A stretch of 56,916 nt of DNA from Planctomycetota bacterium (GTDB lineage Bacteria; Planctomycetota; Planctomycetia; JALXBF01): contig JALXBF010000100.1 of the NCBI GenBank assembly GCA_026991575.1, positions 1 through 56,916 on the forward strand. Direction: 5' to 3'. Positions 29,138-38,561 of the stretch are shown piece after piece. The notes under the pieces were generated by a model. It saw only the letters and a list, made by a program, of their open reading frames with translations. It made no database searches and was not told the origin of the DNA. Within the stretch, counting starts at the first letter, position 1. Every line of letters begins with the position of its first letter. The translations under genes and the position numbers were made by a program.

Positions 29138-29508
29138 TATGGAGCACTGGTCCCTGTACCGCTAGTCGTGGTGCATGCCAGAACTGCTGCGCGGACCCCG
29201 CGACGCCGAACGGCAGCCTCGTGCCAACGGGTAACGGCCCTGCCGTGGTCCCACCAGCTTTGCCCCAGGGGCCGACAGAAGGTGTACGGTCGCTAGTCCC
29301 GAATCGGCCATTCGGCCCGCCTGAGAACGGTCACGGGCAGCGAGGCATTGCGCAATCGAGACGATCGCTCGCTCGGACTTGGGCAAGATGGGGGCAGAGC
29401 GGGCCGCGGAGAATGAAACAGCCCGGCTCGACCACCCGGGGGCCTCCTAGCGGTTCGCGGCAAGCCTGTGCCCGCGGCCGCGACGCCGCAAGCCGCGGCA
29501 GCCAATAC

Positions 29509-30369
29509 ATGATGCCGCCATACGACCCGTGCGACACTCAAGCCGAGCTACCGGAGCTGCCCGACCGATGGGCTACCCCCTGGTGGCAGCACCTCGCTGC
29601 TGTGGCACGCTCGCTGCTATACCCGAACCGCTGTACCGTCTGCAGCGCATGGCTTGCCGAGGAGCCGGCTCCGATGTGTTGGCGCTGCCTTCAGAGCATC
29701 AGCGCCCGAGACCGGGGCTGTTGCCTGCGCTGTGGCATGCCTGCGGGTTCCGTGGGTAGCGTAGCAGGACACGGCTGCAGCTGGTGCCGTTCGGCAACCT
29801 ACCCGTTTGACGCGTGCGTTGCCGCCGTACGGTACGAGGAACCGGTGCGTGGTTTGATCCTTCGGTTCAAACGCGCCGAGGCTGCCTATCTGGCACGGCC
29901 CCTTGCATGGTTGCTGTGCTACCAGCGGGGTGCCCTGTTGGAACGCTGGTCAATCGACGTGGCCGTTCCGGTGCCGCGTCACTGGAGGCGTCGCCTGTGG
30001 ATGGGCCACAACCACGTGGCGGTGCTCGCCGACGAGCTGAACCGGCTGCTCGGGTACCCGTTTCAGGTCGCAGCGCGTGCCGTGTACCGTCGACGGAGCA
30101 CCCGGACCCATCGGGGCATGGGACCGAAGCAGCGCCGGGCGAACGTCGCGGGCGCGTTCGCCATCGCTGACTGCTCAGTGCTGTGCGGTCGTCGCGTGCT
30201 GCTGATTGACGATGTCATGACGACCGGTGCGACGCTCAGCGAGATGGCACGGGTGATACGGCGAGCAAAGCCGGCAGGGCTGTATGCCGCGGTCCTTGCG
30301 CGTGCTCGTGCCGTTGCTGACCAGGATCGGCCGAGCACCCCGCGGCGTGCGGGCAACATCGGGCGGTGA
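29509..30369 (+). CDS. comF: ComF-family protein (zinc ribbon + phosphoribosyltransferase-like)
   Basis: Four CxxC pairs, VPVPRH, R..NVAGAF, LLIDDVMTTGAT; start set at ATG 29509. Confidence 0.88.
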   Translation: MMPPYDPCDTQAELPELPDRWATPWWQHLAAVARSLLYPNRCTVCSAWLAEEPAPMCWRCLQSISARDRGCCLRCGMPAGSVGSVAGHGCSWCRSATYPFDACVAAVRYEEPVRGLILRFKRAEAAYLARPLAWLLCYQRGALLERWSIDVAVPVPRHWRRRLWMGHNHVAVLADELNRLLGYPFQVAARAVYRRRSTRTHRGMGPKQRRANVAGAFAIADCSVLCGRRVLLIDDVMTTGATLSEMARVIRRAKPAGLYAAVLARARAVADQDRPSTPRRAGNIGR

Positions 30370-30411
30370 GGCCCCCCAACCCGTGTACACGGCACCGCCT
30401 CCGCCGGCATG

Positions 30412-31041
30412 CTAGCCCTTTAGCAGTACTGGCTCGTCGAAACAACTCAGGCCCACGACATCCGCTGGCGTTAGCTCTGAGGCGTTGACCGACTCGGGGA
30501 TGACGCCCGCGATCTGCAGCGCGCGGGCGACCAGCTCAGAACAGAACAGCGCGGAGAAGTCCGGCTCGTTTTCCAGGCCCAGGGCGTCGAGCAGGTCGAA
30601 CCCGGCGCCAATGGCCTGGACCAGATCGTAAGGCACGCGCTGACAGTGAGTCTGGCGAAGCCAGGCTTCCATCTTGCGCTGAGCGGCAGGCTTAAGCGGC
30701 TCGCGTAGCGGCACCCACCAGACCTTGCCCTCGTAAGCCGACACGCGCTGTGACGCGAAATGCAACTGCACGCCCTTGTGAACCGACCGCGTCACGGCAT
30801 CGGGCAGGTCAACCAGGGTGGTGCTTTCGATCAGCAGAACGCTCGGGCCGAACCCGCCCGGGAGCCGGGCGCGCCAGAGCAACGCGACGTGAGAGTACGG
30901 TGAGCGGGTTGCCCAGCGAACGATCCGTGACGTCCTGCTCTTGCCGGAAAAGGCCAACACGTCGCCCGTCTTCATCCGTGGTCGATGCAGTTCGTACTGT
31001 CGGCACCCCCCCGGGCGGCGGTAACTCCGCAGGCGCACCAT
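30412..31041 (-). CDS. Permuted papain-like NlpC/P60 enzyme (YiiX/YebB-like)
   Basis: GDVLAF, YSHVAL (His), PYD, LFCSELV (Cys), TPAD in the permuted order. Confidence 0.8.
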   Translation of the reverse strand: MVRLRSYRRPGGCRQYELHRPRMKTGDVLAFSGKSRTSRIVRWATRSPYSHVALLWRARLPGGFGPSVLLIESTTLVDLPDAVTRSVHKGVQLHFASQRVSAYEGKVWWVPLREPLKPAAQRKMEAWLRQTHCQRVPYDLVQAIGAGFDLLDALGLENEPDFSALFCSELVARALQIAGVIPESVNASELTPADVVGLSCFDEPVLLKG

Positions 31042-31084
31042 GATGCTTCCCCCGTCGTTGCCGTCGCACTCTGGCCTCGGAACG

Positions 31085-32233
31085 CTACGGAACGTGCAAC
31101 GCAACCGCCGCCCGTTCCCGGTTCCGCGCGGCCTCAGCGACTACCGCCCGGTATAGCTCTGCCATCGCTTCTGTCACGGCCGTCCAGCTGTACCGCGCCG
31201 CCTGTCGGCGAGCGTATTCAGCCAGCCGGCGACGCATCGACTCGTCTCTGAGAAGCTCCGCCAGTCGGCTGCGCAGGTGAGCAACGTCACCGCACCGGAA
31301 CTGTCCGGCCTTATCTGCGATCACCGCGGCATTCTCCGGAATGTCGCTCACCAGGCAGGGCAGTCCGTGGTGCAGCGCTTCCAGTAACGCCAGCGACATC
31401 CCCTCAATCAAGCTCGGCAGGACGAACAGGCCGGCATGGTGGTAGAGTTCGGCCAGTAACTTCTTGTCCGCCGGGCCCACGAACAGAACCCGCTCGTCCG
31501 CCAGCGCTCGCAGCGACCGTTCGTACCCGTCCTCATACATGCTGCCGCCGGCTATGACCAGCCGCCAATCGGTCGGCACTCCTCGGAAGGCTTCCAACAG
31601 CAGATGGATCCCCTTTTCGGGCACGAGCCGTGTCACAACCAAGATGAACCGGCCCGGCACCAGCCGCCAACGCGCTATTTGTTCCGGTGGTCGGTACGGG
31701 AACGCGGAAGCGGCGTTTGGGACGAAGGTCGGTGTAATCCCGTAAGTGTGCTCGAAATACTCTACCAGCGCCGGTGACGCGACCACAATGCGATGTGCAA
31801 ACCGACATGCCGTCCACTCCCCCGCGCGCAGCGCCCGCCTGGCGAGTGCCCCCCACTTGGCCCGCCGCCAGTCCAGCCCCTGGACGCTGACCACCACGGG
31901 CAGGCGGAGCAGCCGCAGAAGCGGGGTAACCAGGGCAGGTCCAAGGCAATGCACATGCACGATGTCAACGGGCTGCCTCGTGGCAAGATCGGCCACAGAG
32001 GCAAGCACATGACTGATCGTATCCAGATGCTTAGTCGGCACGGATGGCAGCACCACCCGGTGCACACCGGCCGGTGGACGATAGCCGCGGGCCCCCCTGA
32101 TGTACCAGGGCCGGCTGTAAACCACGGTCTCGATGCCATGGTTGGGGAGCCGCGCCGCCAGCTCCTCCACGTACCGTTCCACACCGCCCAGCGATGCGGG
32201 AATCCCTTTCTGGCCAACCATTGCAACGAGCAT
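31085..32233 (-). CDS. Glycosyltransferase family 4
   Basis: GGVERYV, RLVPEKG, LPSLIEGMSLALLEAL (EX7E), VSDIPEN. Confidence 0.92.
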   Translation of the reverse strand: MLVAMVGQKGIPASLGGVERYVEELAARLPNHGIETVVYSRPWYIRGARGYRPPAGVHRVVLPSVPTKHLDTISHVLASVADLATRQPVDIVHVHCLGPALVTPLLRLLRLPVVVSVQGLDWRRAKWGALARRALRAGEWTACRFAHRIVVASPALVEYFEHTYGITPTFVPNAASAFPYRPPEQIARWRLVPGRFILVVTRLVPEKGIHLLLEAFRGVPTDWRLVIAGGSMYEDGYERSLRALADERVLFVGPADKKLLAELYHHAGLFVLPSLIEGMSLALLEALHHGLPCLVSDIPENAAVIADKAGQFRCGDVAHLRSRLAELLRDESMRRRLAEYARRQAARYSWTAVTEAMAELYRAVVAEAARNRERAAVALHVP

Positions 32234-32254
32234 GCCGTTATCCCGCCAAATTCG

Positions 32255-33013
32255 TCAGTATGCTCCTTTGCCGGACAGCACTGCCCAGGGCGTCTTCAGC
32301 AGGATCTTCACATCGAGCCAAAGACTCTGGCGCGCGACGTACTCCAGATCCAGCTCCACCCAGCGTTCGAACGGCAAATCCGCGCGACCACTCACCTGCC
32401 ACAACCCTGTCAGGCCGGGCTTCACCGAGAGCCGCTCCAGCTGCCATGGCTCGTACTGCAGCACCTCCTTCGGTACCGGTGGCCGAGGCCCCACGAGGCT
32501 CATATCGCCCTTGAGCACGTTGAATAGCTGGGGCAGTTCATCCAGCGAGAATTTCCGCAAGAAGCGGCCAAAACGCGTCACCCGCGGATCACGCCGGTTC
32601 TTGAATACCGGTCCGTCGAGCTCGTTCTTCACCCGGTCCTGGAGGGCCTCGGCATTGGGCACCATAGTCCGGAACTTGTAGAGCGTGAACAGCCGCCCCC
32701 CTTCGCCGACCCGGATCTGCCGGAAAATCGGTCTGCCACGTGTCGTCACCATCAGAATCAGCCAGATGACCACTAGAAGCGGTGAGAACAAAACGAGCAG
32801 AACGAACGCCCCGATCACGTCCAACAGCCGCTTGGCCCGCTGGTAAAACCGCGTGCGGTTGCCGCGAAGCCGAACCGATACAAGCGGCGCTGTAGCGGTG
32901 CCAGCCCCGATATGTTCAAGTGCCTCGATGACCTCGTCGACTGCGCGAGTCGCCAGCGGCAGTTCTTCGGCACGGATCCGGCGCCGTTCCAGAACCGACG
33001 TGCTCTGACTCAT
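32255..33013 (-). CDS. Priming sugar transferase (undecaprenyl-phosphate phosphoglycosyltransferase)
   Basis: KRLLD, KFRTM, SLDELPQLFNVLKGDMSLVGPRP, KPGLTGLWQV. Confidence 0.94.
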   Translation of the reverse strand: MSQSTSVLERRRIRAEELPLATRAVDEVIEALEHIGAGTATAPLVSVRLRGNRTRFYQRAKRLLDVIGAFVLLVLFSPLLVVIWLILMVTTRGRPIFRQIRVGEGGRLFTLYKFRTMVPNAEALQDRVKNELDGPVFKNRRDPRVTRFGRFLRKFSLDELPQLFNVLKGDMSLVGPRPPVPKEVLQYEPWQLERLSVKPGLTGLWQVSGRADLPFERWVELDLEYVARQSLWLDVKILLKTPWAVLSGKGAY

Positions 33014-33254
33014 CCCTCTCCCCGCTTACGAGTACCTGAACCGCGTCTGGAATTGCAAGTCCGGTTCGATGAACTGGTTTGTCAAACATAGCTTGCCATC
33101 GGCAGGGCGGCGTGCCGAGCGACCAGGCGTAGCCACATCGGTAGCCTGCGACCGCCCAGCTCCCACCAATCGGTCCCTCCAGAACCAGCACCGGTAGCCG
33201 ATCACCAGAGAACCCGGCAACGGCGGAGGCAGGTCACCGCGAGCGCTGGCATAG

Positions 33255-34823
33255 TTGGATAAGGGCAACTCTGGTTTCGAGGGTTTTTTCTTGCCGCGTC
33301 GATCCAAGACGAGCCGCCGGTTTCTAGCGTCCGTTGCCATAGCGACTGCCGGCCTGATCGCCGGCCGCGCCGTCGGTCTGGTGAGGTCGTTCCTATTCGT
33401 GCTCCTGCTGCCACCGGAGGAGTTGGGCCGGTGGGGCATCGCGTACGGCACCCTTCCGCTGATCGCGTGGGTCCTGGGGCTGGGTCTGCCGGCAGCTCTG
33501 GCCCGTTATGGTCCGGCACTGGACGGCGACAGCATGCGTCATCTCCTTCGCCGCGTGTCGCTGTGCACTCTGGCGTGTGGCGTAGTGGCGCTGGCCGTGG
33601 CGATCCCGGCGCGAAGCTTGCTGGCAGCAGGCTGCTTTGGAAGTCCTCGCTACGCTGCAGACGCGCTGCTGCTGGTCTGCAGTGCCGTGCTGGCAAGCTG
33701 GCTCAATCTGGCACACGGACTGTTTCAGGGGCGCAGACGCTTCGGTACCGATACGGCTCTGCAGCTCCTGTACACGTGCCTCTTTGCTGCCGGTTCGCTC
33801 ATAGCGCTGACAGTTGTGCGGGCAACGGCGACCGTCGCTCTGGCAGTGCACGTGCTAGCGACGGCCGCGGTGCTGACCGGAGCGGTGTTGATCGTGCTAA
33901 GGCTGCCAGCGGAGGCGGAGCTACAAGCAGCAGGCAGAACGCTGCCTTCGTTTCGCCGTTTGTTGTGGTTTTCCCTCGGTCTTTGTGTGGGGGGGCTGGT
34001 CGAGGACGTCTGGCCGCTGGTCGATCGCTACGTGGCGTTGCACATGATGCCGGGCTCCCTGGCGGCGCGGCAAAGTGCTCTGGGCCATTACCAGATTGCC
34101 CTGACAATCGCCTCGCCGTTGGTTCTTATGCTCGGCGCGCTCGGTATCGTGCTCGTTCCCTACGCTGCGCAAGCGTTCGACCGAGATGGCTCTCCTGCGG
34201 CGGACCGCAAGGTCGGTGTCGTGCTGCGGTTCTCGGCCGTAGCCTTCTTCGTTAGCGGTGCACTTCTGCTGCAGCTTGCCCCTCTGCTACTGACCTCAGT
34301 CCTGCACGACAAGGGGGAATTGTGGCAGGCGATTCTGCCGTTCTGCCTAGCCGCCGGCGGCCTGGTTGGTCTCCAGCACGTGTACAAGACAGCCTATGTG
34401 TGTCGGGAGCAGGCATGGCGGCTGGTGGCCATCTGGCTCGTAATGGCCATGGTCAACACGCTGTTGAGTGCTTACCTCGTGCGGTATGCGTTGTTGCCCG
34501 GCGCGGCGGCAGCGAGCGTGCTGACCGGTGTCCTCGGCTCGCTGCTCATGGCCTCCGTGTTGCACGGCAGCGTCCACGTCGCCTGGCGCCGTGACCTACT
34601 GGCCCTTGTACTGCCCGCCTTCCTGGCCCTACCGGACGAGGTGCTCATGTGGCTTCTGGTCGGGCTGGTGGCCATTCTAGTTGCCACCGATTGGCTGTTC
34701 GACGACCAGGACCGGCAGCTCTTGCGTGCGTTGCTGTGTAAGCTACGCTTCAGTGGACAACAGCTGGCCGCCGAGAAGTCCCGGAGCAGCAGCGGCCCGG
34801 TGCCAATTACGGAGCATCTCTGA
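33255..34823 (+). CDS. Wzx-like polysaccharide flippase
   Basis: About 12-14 hydrophobic segments, L.PEE.G and DRY motifs, polysaccharide-locus context; start uncertain. Confidence 0.75.
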   Translation: MDKGNSGFEGFFLPRRSKTSRRFLASVAIATAGLIAGRAVGLVRSFLFVLLLPPEELGRWGIAYGTLPLIAWVLGLGLPAALARYGPALDGDSMRHLLRRVSLCTLACGVVALAVAIPARSLLAAGCFGSPRYAADALLLVCSAVLASWLNLAHGLFQGRRRFGTDTALQLLYTCLFAAGSLIALTVVRATATVALAVHVLATAAVLTGAVLIVLRLPAEAELQAAGRTLPSFRRLLWFSLGLCVGGLVEDVWPLVDRYVALHMMPGSLAARQSALGHYQIALTIASPLVLMLGALGIVLVPYAAQAFDRDGSPAADRKVGVVLRFSAVAFFVSGALLLQLAPLLLTSVLHDKGELWQAILPFCLAAGGLVGLQHVYKTAYVCREQAWRLVAIWLVMAMVNTLLSAYLVRYALLPGAAAASVLTGVLGSLLMASVLHGSVHVAWRRDLLALVLPAFLALPDEVLMWLLVGLVAILVATDWLFDDQDRQLLRALLCKLRFSGQQLAAEKSRSSSGPVPITEHL

Positions 34824-34923
34824 AGGAATTCGGGTCGCGTGTGCCGGCCGGCGTGTCCGTAGATTCACGTTCCCAGGCACTGACCGTGTTCAGACCGTTG
34901 CACTTTCTGCAAAGGGCAGCGTC

Positions 34924-36093
34924 GTGAGGCTAGTGGCAGATCAGAGGCGTGGCGGCAGTCATTTCGACGCCGGTTCCGTCGGCCAGATTCGCGTGACGTT
35001 TCTGTTCACGAGTCTGGTCGTTGGGGGCGCAGAGAGGATCGGCTCTCAGGTAGTGGGCCGGCTGGACCGCCGCAGGTTCCAGCCCTCCGTGGTTTGCCTG
35101 AAGCAGCTCGGCATCCTAGGCGAGGAGCTGGTGGCGGCAACTGCGGTCCCGGTCCGGTTCGGGCTAAAGCGGCACCGGTTCGATGCCACGGTTACGTGGC
35201 GACTGAACCAGACATTGCGCGCGCTACGGCCCCATGTGCTGTGCATGTTCGGTTCGGGGGGGGACCGCTCCTTCTGGGGGCGGCTTGCTGCTTGTTGGGC
35301 CAATGTCCCGGTTCGTATCTGCTGCCCACACGCCATGGGCAGCTACGAACCCTGGGAACCGTACAACCGCTTGCTTAACGCCGTCACGGACGCGTTCGTT
35401 GCGATCAGCCCCCGGCACCGGCAGTACCTGATTGAGGAAGCTCATCTGCCGGCAGCCAAGGTCACCGTGATCGAAAACGGAGTTGATCTGGCCACGTACC
35501 GGCCGGGGCCACGAAGCGGCCTGCTGGGCCCGGACACCGGCCGACCACGCGTCGGACTGGTCGCCGTGCTACGCCCCGAGAAGGACGTGGCCACCTGGCT
35601 GCACACCGTGAAGCTGCTCACGGAGCGGGGCGTGGCGGCCGAGTACTTCGTCGTGGGCGACGGTCCACAACGGCAACAACTGCAACAGCTCGCAGCCCGA
35701 CTGGGCATTGCCGACCGGGTGCGGTTCGTAGGGCTGCAGCAGGACATGCCTGCGGTTTACCGCGATCTGGACATCTGTGTGCTGACGTCACGGTTCGAGG
35801 TGTTGCCGTGCACGCTAATGGAAGCAATGGCCTGTGGCAAGCCAGTGGTGGCCACCCGGGTGGGTGCCGTCGAGGATCTGGTCTGCGATGGCAGGACGGG
35901 CCTGCTCGCCGAAGCGGGCGACGCGGGCGGGCTGGCAGCCGCGGTTGAGCGGTTGGCGGTGAACGCGGAGCTGAGGCAGATCATGGGCCGGACAGCCCGA
36001 GAGCACGTCGAAAAACACTTTGACTTAGATCGAATGGTTCGTCGGTTCGAAGCATTGTTCGCGTCGCTGCTGGAACGAAAGGCGCTTCGGTAG
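34924..36093 (+). CDS. Glycosyltransferase family 4
   Basis: GGAER, NGVD, LRPEKD, SRFEVLPCTLMEAMACGKPVVATRVG; start uncertain. Confidence 0.9.
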   Translation: MRLVADQRRGGSHFDAGSVGQIRVTFLFTSLVVGGAERIGSQVVGRLDRRRFQPSVVCLKQLGILGEELVAATAVPVRFGLKRHRFDATVTWRLNQTLRALRPHVLCMFGSGGDRSFWGRLAACWANVPVRICCPHAMGSYEPWEPYNRLLNAVTDAFVAISPRHRQYLIEEAHLPAAKVTVIENGVDLATYRPGPRSGLLGPDTGRPRVGLVAVLRPEKDVATWLHTVKLLTERGVAAEYFVVGDGPQRQQLQQLAARLGIADRVRFVGLQQDMPAVYRDLDICVLTSRFEVLPCTLMEAMACGKPVVATRVGAVEDLVCDGRTGLLAEAGDAGGLAAAVERLAVNAELRQIMGRTAREHVEKHFDLDRMVRRFEALFASLLERKALR

Positions 36094-36298
36094 CGGCAGG
36101 AGCAGACCGACGCTGGAAGTCTAAAGGGGGGGAGGTATGTGGCGGATTGCAACGGTTCGGAGTGGTTGACGACCGTATGGTCCGAGGGGGAATGATCGAC
36201 TGCACCGGACGTATCTTGCGGGCGGACGGTGCGCGGGGGACACCGTCCGCCCTGCCACCGTCCGGGATCCAGTTTCTGACGGGGGGACCACGCGGATC

Positions 36299-37414
36299 AT
36301 GTCGCGTTGTTGGTTGGCAGGCTATACAAACTGGACGCGTGCGCTGCTGCGCCGAGCCGCGGCCCTGTTCTGGTACTACAGCGGCGCGTTCGCCCTCTGG
36401 GCCCGTTGGCGTGCGAAGCACGGTCCTGCAGCGCTGCTGGTTCCGATGTATCACCGGATCCGCACCGGTTGCGACCGCACGAAACCGCCGATCCTGGCCA
36501 TCGAACGCGGCACTCGGTGGTCTTATTTCGTGCAACACGTCGGCGTATACCGTCGCTATGGCACGTTGACCACCGCCGGAGCCGGTGCGGCGTGGCTGGC
36601 ATCGCCGCGGGCGCAGGGCGTACGCGTGGCCGTTACGTTCGACGATGCCTACCGGGATATCTTGCCTGCGGTTCGGTGGCTGCTAGCGCAAGGTGCCCAC
36701 TGCACGGTGTACCCGGTGGTGGAAGCGGCAGGTGGCCGGTTGGTACTGTGGTGGGACCAGTTGGCAGCGCTTGCGCGCGACCACTGGCCGAGCTGCGAGG
36801 CTGCCCGGCGCCTTCCCCCGGTCGTCGACGCACTGATCCGCTGTAACGCAGCTCAACGGCAGCGGGCCCTCCATGCCCTGTTCGGCAGGCAGACCGATCG
36901 CCACATTGACCACCCGGAGCAGCTCTACCTGACGGTCCACGAACTCCGGGACCTTAGCAAAGCGGGCATTGAGGTTGGCGGCCATACGGCAACCCACGTC
37001 AGCTTGCCGTTCGAGCACCAGGCAGTGGTGCGTCGCGAACTGGCTCGTTCGCTCCGGTTCGCAAGACAGCTTTCGGAACGGACGCTCGTGAGCCTGGCGT
37101 ATCCGAACGGGCTTCACAGTCCGACCACGCGTGCCTGTGCCCGATCGCTCGGTTTCTGCGCTGCGGTCACAACGGATCCCGGAGCGAACGCGGCGGGAGC
37201 CGACCCGTTTCGGCTTCGTCGGATCCCCGTCGGTGACGAACCGGGTTACGTGGTGGCACTGCAGGTAACGTTCTACGACCTGCGCGACGTCGTACTACCG
37301 TGGCTGCTTCACCAAGTTCGCAGTCTGCTGGTGGGACGTCCGGCCGCAACGGTGGAACGGGCGTCGCAGCCGTCGTCAGCGGCAGCCAGGAGACAGCCAA
37401 GCTATGCAAGCTGA
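36299..37414 (+). CDS. Polysaccharide deacetylase (CE4/NodB)
   Basis: MYHRI, TFDDAY, GGHTATH, AYPNG motifs. Confidence 0.88.
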   Translation: MSRCWLAGYTNWTRALLRRAAALFWYYSGAFALWARWRAKHGPAALLVPMYHRIRTGCDRTKPPILAIERGTRWSYFVQHVGVYRRYGTLTTAGAGAAWLASPRAQGVRVAVTFDDAYRDILPAVRWLLAQGAHCTVYPVVEAAGGRLVLWWDQLAALARDHWPSCEAARRLPPVVDALIRCNAAQRQRALHALFGRQTDRHIDHPEQLYLTVHELRDLSKAGIEVGGHTATHVSLPFEHQAVVRRELARSLRFARQLSERTLVSLAYPNGLHSPTTRACARSLGFCAAVTTDPGANAAGADPFRLRRIPVGDEPGYVVALQVTFYDLRDVVLPWLLHQVRSLLVGRPAATVERASQPSSAAARRQPSYAS

Positions 37415-38504
37415 GCTTCATCTGAATCGAACAAGCCTTCGAGCACTAAAGGCCGACTGGGACCGCCTCTGGCAGCTGACCGAGAATGCCGGCCCCTTCA
37501 CCAGCTGGGACTGGGCCTGGCACTGGTACAGCGCCTACGCTGCCGTGGCCACACCGGTGGTGGTTACCGTGAAGGAAGCGGATCGGATTGTTGGCATCGC
37601 GCCGCTGGCCCGCACACGACCGGGCAAGCTGCTCTTCGTGGGGGGGATTGAAACGTGGCCCGAGTATGCCACCTTTCTGGCCCATCCGGCCGACATCCCT
37701 GCGGTGACCGCAGCCGTTCTGGCAAAGCTCTGGCAAGCACCCGGCATACGATGGTGGCTGCTGGAACTACCCCACGTGGTTGCGCTCGGTGGTTTTGCGA
37801 GGACGGTAGGGAGCCTAGCAGGCACCAACGGCGTTTCCTGGCCTGCGGGTCACACGTGGCAGATCGCATTGCCCGATACCTGGGATGAGTACCTGCGGTC
37901 GATCACCAAGAACCGCCGGAGCTCGATCCGGCGGCTGCTGAAGCGGAACCGCAGCATTTCCATCCGGTCCGTTAGCGATGGCGTACCTTTCGACCGAGCG
38001 TGGCACGAGTTGGTAAGCTTGCATCAGAGGCGATGGCAGTCGGAAGGGAAGCCGGGCTGCTTCTCCTCGGAGCGGTTCCACGCCTTCCATCGCGCGCTGG
38101 CCGAGAAGTGGGTAGGCCAGGGGCGGGCCGACATCACGCTGGCGTACGACGGCGACAGGGCAGTTGCTGCCGACTATCTGTTCGTCTTCGGCGACCGCTG
38201 GTACGGCTACCAGGCCGGTTTCGACCCGGCATATCGTCGGCAGGGCACGGGTATGTTCCTCTTTGTGGAGCTGCTGCGTCGGGCGTGCGCGGCTGGTGTG
38301 ACGGCAGTGGACATGCTCAGCGGCGATCAGGAGTACAAGGTGCGATTCGCGACCCACCGCTGCGCAATCGTGGACTACTGGCTGTCCGGCCCGGGCTGGG
38401 TGAGCGAAGTCGCATACCTGACGCGCAAGAGTTGGCGTGCCGCGTGCCGCGCGGTGCGGCGCGGGCTGGAAGCGGTGCGACAGTCCGCCGGAAGCAGGTG
38501 CTAG
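37404..38504 (+). CDS. GNAT-family acetyltransferase (CelD/BcsL-like)
   Basis: PFTSWDW, LPDTWDEYL, YQAGFDP, DMLSGDQEYK motifs. Confidence 0.85.
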   Translation: MQAELHLNRTSLRALKADWDRLWQLTENAGPFTSWDWAWHWYSAYAAVATPVVVTVKEADRIVGIAPLARTRPGKLLFVGGIETWPEYATFLAHPADIPAVTAAVLAKLWQAPGIRWWLLELPHVVALGGFARTVGSLAGTNGVSWPAGHTWQIALPDTWDEYLRSITKNRRSSIRRLLKRNRSISIRSVSDGVPFDRAWHELVSLHQRRWQSEGKPGCFSSERFHAFHRALAEKWVGQGRADITLAYDGDRAVAADYLFVFGDRWYGYQAGFDPAYRRQGTGMFLFVELLRRACAAGVTAVDMLSGDQEYKVRFATHRCAIVDYWLSGPGWVSEVAYLTRKSWRAACRAVRRGLEAVRQSAGSRC

Positions 38505-38561
38505 CGGGGGCGGGCAATGGCTGGATCGGCCGGGTCAGCACTCGAGGAGTCACCTGCACGT

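Noticed and set aside
29107..29508. Long N-terminal extensions in the ORF track for comF (also purH, VIT1, Dph6-like, GT4 and EF-hand genes)
   Set aside because: The extensions are low-complexity and overlap promoters or neighbouring genes; downstream starts fit the family N-termini, several with an SD.
35256..35263. G8 tract in a GT4 gene (plus G7 tracts nearby) as a phase-variation switch
   Set aside because: The frame is intact, and G7/C7 runs also occur in the symporter, amtB and gsp genes, so there is no evident enrichment.
23890..38561. Mobile island inserted between the two secretin genes
   Set aside because: No integrase, transposase, tRNA or visible direct repeats; the content (glnD, amtB, comF) is core-like.
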